NCBI GenBank assembly: GCA_965649765.1
Contig: OZ287761.1
Span: 4,526,001 to 4,590,000 of the forward strand
Length of the DNA stretch: 64,000 nucleotides
Source: Bispira polyomma
Taxonomy: Eukaryota
Direction: 5' to 3'
Shown here: piece after piece, positions 60,801 to 64,000 of the stretch
Numbering within the stretch: position 1 is the stretch's first letter
Layout of the letters: each line of letters starts with the position of its first letter
Translations under genes and position numbers: made by a program
The notes under the pieces: generated by a model
Told to the model about the DNA's origin: nothing
The model's input: only the letters and a program-made list of their open reading frames with translations
Databases searched by the model: none

Positions 60801-63800
60801 GTTAATCAGTCGATGGTTTACACAGTGGCTTCAACACTGGTTTCTTCCACAATTGAATCTGGCCATCTCGATATGACCTAAACGGTTGAAAGCAATGTAA
60901 AAACCCCACCAAATTCAAATTCCTTGTGATAGAAACATTTAGAAGAAGTGTAGTGAACTATCTCCGTACTAATGATGTTCACGGTTCTGAATACCCTTGG
61001 CATTGGCTACCCAGTATACTCCATACAAAGTCAATATACATTTTGAAAGTGGCCAAGATCAAGGATGGCCAAAGGTAACTACTACTTGTACACATAATGA
61101 AAGAAACTGAAAGATATGCTCTAGATACTAGACGTATAATATATAGTATATCTGTACCAATCAGGTTTCATTTGTCTAAAGTATTAGTGTTGTTACCAGT
61201 AGAGATAGTACAAACTGAAACGGATATGCTCCAAATACTAGTAAAATAAGGAGGCATTTCTGTAACAAGAAGATTACAGTTTGTCTTTATTCAGACAGTT
61301 GTTACCAAGTATATAGTACAAACTGACCGATATATGCAGAAGATATCTCTTCTTTCTTTCAGTAACCCCAAGAGAATTTCGGTTTCCTCTGTTAAACTCA
61401 CCAAGAATGCTGGATCCAGAGCTGCCTGTATGTTATAGAATAGTCTACCAGTTGAGCTTAGATCACTTAAAAACACTTTCTGGGTTTAGGAGAAAACTTA
61501 AAATCTATCTCTTTAAACTTGCTTACTTCCTTTAGTTTCTTCCCTGTACACCTCCACATCCTTACAACCTGGCCTAAGTTTCTGCTCTTCTCGATTAGTT
61601 AATTACTTCATTGTGCTGTTGAACTTTAAAAGATGCCTCGCATCAATAAGGCACTTTATCAATGCAACTACAATACCTACTAACTATAATACCATAATAT
61701 ACTAAGGTATATATAAAGATCAATACCAATAAGGTTCCAATCTTCTGTGATCAAACTGGTATTCCCTGTACACAGTGTGATGAGGTGACTCTTCTGCTGT
61801 CCTGACGTCACCCAGCCATTGTTGTAAGATGCAATAAACGTCCCATTCCCCTCTGTGTTTGTGACCTATTAAAAACAGTTCAGTAGTTTATTTAGAGTTT
61901 AAACTATATTTCAACATCTGTGAGTTATTGCACAACGGGCAGTTTACTGGTGGGGAAAAAAGCAGTATGTGTAGTTTAGTTATTTGGTCAATATTTCTGT
62001 ACTGTAAACTAAGGGCCTTTATCATGTCTATTACCCATATAAAATGTCAATTCATTTTAGGAAAAAACACTGTAAGTGTAATTTTAGACAGCATTGTCTG
62101 TCAATATTTTCTTTAGAGTTTAAACTATATTTCAACATCTGTAAGTTATCTCACAACGGGCAGTTTACTGGTGGGGGAAAAAAGCAGTATGTGTAGTTTA
62201 GTTATTTGGTCAATATTTCTGTACTGTAAACTAAGGGCCTTTAGCATGTATATTACCCATAAAAAATGTCAATTCATTTTAGGAAAAAACACTAAGTGTA
62301 ATTTTAGACAGCATTTTATTCTGGTTTTTAGAATTTTAGAATCTATCATGTCAAGAAGTATTTCTAATTTTCATAAAAGACTTTAAAAGCAAAAATTTGG
62401 GCAGAATAAAATTGACCAACTGAATTAATTTACTTAAGTAAATTGAACCTTGCTGTCGAGTACAAAACCTGTAGTTACTAGCATACCAACAGAGACATTG
62501 TCTAGTGCAAAACCTGTGGTTGCCAGCATACCAACAGGGTTGCTGTCTAGTACAAAACCTGTGGTTACCAGTATACCAACAGAGATATTGTCTAGTGCAT
62601 AACCTGTGGTTACCAGCATACCAACAGGGTTGCTGTCTAGTACAAAACCTGTGGTTACCAGTATACCAACAGATATTGTCTAGTGCAAAACCTGTGGTTA
62701 CCAGCATACCAACAGGGTTGCTGTCTAGTACAAAACCTGTGGTTACCAGTATACCAACAGAGATATTGTCTAGTGCAAAACCTGTGGTTACCAGCATACC
62801 AACAGGGTTGCTTTCTGGTACAAAAAATGGTGGTTACCAGCATACTAACAGGGTTGCTGTCTAGTACAAAAACCGATAGTCACTAGCATGCCAACAGGGT
62901 TGCTGTCTAGTAAAACAACCTGTGGTTACCTCAAATGCAACAACTTGTGTGCCACATGGAATTCTTCTTTCAAATACATCATCAGATGTCACAATAAGTT
63001 CCTTCCCATCCACATAGACCTTTGTGACCTCATCTCCCTTGGCAGTCAGAATGTACTGCCCATCACCTGCAACAATATTAAATGGATCAACCCTGAATAA
63101 TACTGCTGAATGTTTATGAATTGGTGCAAATAAATACATTCAAATCCATTGATGAAAATCACTCAAAGGAAGACTTCAGAGTTGTCAAGCAGTGTTTATG
63201 CACTGGTAAAAATAATATTCGAACCCATATTGGTGAGACGTCAGTGATTGTGAAGCAGGCGCTTCTAACCACTAGGCCACCACAAACCCCTTAACTTAAT
63301 TTAAATTCTGAACAAATGAAAATATCAATAGCACTTTGTGAGGAGAAACAGGCCGCCAGCAAAGGATAATAGCAAAACATGGAATATAGTGCTTACAGCG
63401 ATGCTGTCTACAGTACATAGTATCCTCTCCTTGTTTGTCCCACACCCACTCAGCATCTTCTGGTATAAACTGCAGTGGTCCATACGTGTCTGTCCAGATA
63501 TCCTCTACAATAACGGGCATCTCCCAGTCTGTGTCGTCATAATCTGCAAGAAGTAAAGTAGTTTAGAAACTTTGGAGTTTCAGGTCTTCACAAAACCTAA
63601 TAACGATTCCAGATTCACTAGAGTTTTACAATAAGCATGGGGATTAAGAATTATTTGATTTTCCAAGTATACAAGAAACAGATTTGTACAATCATTGAAT
63701 TTCAGGCATACAAGAAACAAAAAGGTTGTATATTTGTTGGATTTTAAGTATACAAGAAATATAGGTTTAAAATGATTTGAGGTATACAAGTAACATAGTA

Positions 63801-64000
63801 TTTTAGCATCGTTTGACTGCAAAGACACATAGGATTTTAGAATCCTAGGATAATATAATCCTTTTAATTTAGGTTATATGATACTGCAGATATATCTTTG
63901 CTTCACCTTTAGACATCCAATCCCCACTGACCAAGCTGTTATTACAGACTAGAATGCCTTGTCCTGTGCTCCAGCTGTCTTTTAAGTAGGACGCCCGCAG
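42516..64000 (-). CDS. DEG/ENaC (amiloride-sensitive sodium channel family) gene, 17 exons in window, N-terminus beyond right edge
   Basis: Joined exons give 2229 nt in one frame to TGA at 42516. Family hallmarks: YGNCYVYN, GLRMELDI, GVVLVVH..FPEDEG, RLPHPYG, Cys-rich thumb (CSKTC..CHC..C..CDCDLPC), WPS, FFEELNFE, TM2 DIGGIIGLWLGCS. Confidence 0.93.
43731..43849 (-). CDS. DEG/ENaC TM2 exon (LSRLFTDIGGIIGLWLGCSLLSLFEMIEL)
   Basis: AG/GT; GxS selectivity filter (GCS). Confidence 0.93.
45401..47166 (-). pseudogene. Intronless Toll-like receptor (signal peptide, LRRs, LRRCT, TM, TIR) nested in a DEG/ENaC intron; in-frame TAG at 46507-46509 and 1-nt frameshift at ~46004
   Basis: MLLYWFCLLTIVSYSQC signal peptide; LQILDL, IDLSHNQL and ISLSYNKI LRRs; NPLICNC LRRCT; hydrophobic TM; TIR boxes YDAFVSY, LCIHYRDF and FW. 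Confidence 0.88.
49629..49772 (-). CDS. DEG/ENaC exon (KTLLG...FFEELNFEKVEELPAYL), GC donor
   Basis: AG acceptor; donor TTG|GCAAGT falls at the expected pre-TM2 boundary. Confidence 0.88.
50490..50547 (-). CDS. DEG/ENaC exon (ERKYKYGVSSVSWPSVDYE)
   Basis: AG/GT; WPS motif. Confidence 0.9.
50578..50920. repeat. ~150-bp tandem repeat x~2.3
   Basis: aagaccagccaa...gagtggcctt...caacgttgaat units at ~50579, 50727 and 50878. Confidence 0.75.
51380..51452 (-). CDS. DEG/ENaC exon (LCRQDI...CDCDLPC)
   Basis: AG/GT; thumb cysteines. Confidence 0.9.
52556..52685 (-). CDS. DEG/ENaC exon (ACSKTCYQAHIVKSCHCGD...)
   Basis: AG/GT; thumb cysteines. Confidence 0.9.
53726..53842 (-). CDS. DEG/ENaC exon (LEVQRLPHPYGEYAC...TYGLN)
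   Basis: AG/GT; RLPxPY motif. Confidence 0.9.
54238..54467 (+). mobile_element. tRNA-derived SINE family B
   Basis: Full-length plus-strand copy with A box TGGCCTACTGG and B box GTTCGAAC. Confidence 0.8.
54760..55065 (+). mobile_element. L2-clade LINE 3' end with (ATC)n tail
   Basis: FSVAAPTLWNNLPTNIR...FRSNLKTHLF; the tail abuts the splice donor at 55069-55070. Confidence 0.75.
55071..55234 (-). CDS. DEG/ENaC exon (LRMELDIGQYEY...FPEDEG...IAIRA)
   Basis: AG/GT; palm/beta-ball motifs. Confidence 0.92.
55520..55990 (-). repeat. Tandem array of DEG/ENaC exon 3' end plus donor (4 extra copies)
   Basis: catacca(t/c)aacgtct...tatcattac units at ~55570, 55652, 55752 and 55850, plus the real junction at 55931. 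Confidence 0.9.
55936..56051 (-). CDS. DEG/ENaC exon (DFDWFFDPVYGNCYVYN...GRRYG)
   Basis: AG/GT; YGNC motif. Confidence 0.92.
56521..56621 (-). CDS. DEG/ENaC exon (ILAEMDDQTKRNLGYTLNDLIASCSYMGIKCEE)
   Basis: AG/GT; family G..L..LI..C.Y.G..C motif. Confidence 0.9.
56741..57150. repeat. ~45-bp minisatellite x9
   Basis: agaagcttaaactatgaataaaacatccacctggtactgtgttgt repeated head to tail. Confidence 0.92.
57868..58076 (-). repeat. 42-bp tandem array of the micro-exon donor junction x5
   Basis: gtgaataccacacctggaaatagcttacctggaacaactct units. Confidence 0.92.
58065..58109 (-). CDS. DEG/ENaC micro-exon (EGLRDEFRKQEELFQ)
   Basis: Phase 0-0; joins to ILAEMDDQTK. Acceptor position is uncertain (an alternative lies 24 nt upstream). 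Confidence 0.65.
58507..58945. repeat. Intronic ~440-bp segment duplicated at ~60955-61392; flanked by a ~170-bp duplicate (58330-58500 / 58947-59120)
   Basis: Near-identical sequence beginning gaactatctccgtactaatgatgttcacg. Confidence 0.85.
59171..59316 (-). CDS. DEG/ENaC exon, Thr/Pro-rich linker (PPVTTTEQVTSTTPVP...IDLTQ)
   Basis: AG/GT, phase 1-0, GC-richer open frame. Confidence 0.78.
60312..60485 (-). CDS. DEG/ENaC exon (YNDSSWMMP...AEFVW...LYCRQLIPT), module copy B
   Basis: AG/GT, phase 1-1. Confidence 0.82.
61727..61865 (-). CDS. DEG/ENaC exon (VTNTEGNGTFIASYNNGWVT...EDWNLIG), module copy B
   Basis: AG/GT, phase 0-1. Confidence 0.82.
61891..62315. repeat. ~220-bp tandem duplication
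   Basis: tttagagtttaaactatatttcaacatctg... at 61891 and 62112. Confidence 0.85.
62450..62930 (-). repeat. ~43-bp minisatellite x~11 beginning at a splice donor
   Basis: gtctagt(a/g)caaaacctgtggttaccag(c/t)ataccaacag units in A/B alternation; the array ends at the real donor GAG|GTAACCACAGG. Confidence 0.9.
62930..63066 (-). CDS. DEG/ENaC exon (CDGQYILTAKGDEVTKVYVDG...VVAFE), module copy B
   Basis: AG/GT, phase 1-0. Confidence 0.82.
63397..63543 (-). CDS. DEG/ENaC exon (YDDTDWEMP...AEWVW...MYCRQHR), module copy A
   Basis: AG/GT, phase 1-1; paralogous to 60312-60485. Confidence 0.82.
63907..64000 (-). CDS. DEG/ENaC exon (partial; LRASYLKDSWSTGQGILVCNNSLVSGDWMSKD), inserted module copy A
   Basis: Open frame to donor AAG|GTGAAG; paralogous to exon 61727-61865. 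Confidence 0.75.

Noticed and set aside
62351-62886. Repetitive Cys/Trp-rich ORFs on both strands
   Set aside because: They are translations of an intronic minisatellite; the true exon ends at the 62930 donor.

Overview
This is AT-rich, intron-rich animal DNA, probably from a spiralian/lophotrochozoan invertebrate judging by its repeat content. It holds parts of two minus-strand spliced genes. The first is importin beta-1 (KPNB1): 15 coding exons from the ATG at 23507 down to 1999, about 637 codons, continuing off the left edge. The second is a DEG/ENaC channel: 17 phase-compatible exons from 64000 down to a stop at 42516, 742 aa in the window, with its N-terminus/TM1 off the right edge. KPNB1 introns carry eight sense-strand copies of an H/ACA snoRNA whose two guide pockets match the SNORA8/ACA8 targets in 18S rRNA (human Psi1056 and Psi1081), up to three copies per intron. 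The channel has a tandemly repeated ~150-aa Trp/Cys jelly-roll-like module spliced into its ectodomain and a Thr at the degenerin site. One of its introns is GC-AG and hosts a disrupted intronless Toll-like receptor gene. In both genes, exon-intron junctions are repeatedly amplified into tandem arrays of intact splice sites (at least 7 cases), several of them in frame. The rest is a nearly intact hAT transposon with an 8-bp TSD, L2 and L1/Tx1 LINE relics, tRNA-derived SINEs, MITEs and Helentron-like (HINE) elements. All exon calls come from manual reading and translation; no database searches were run.
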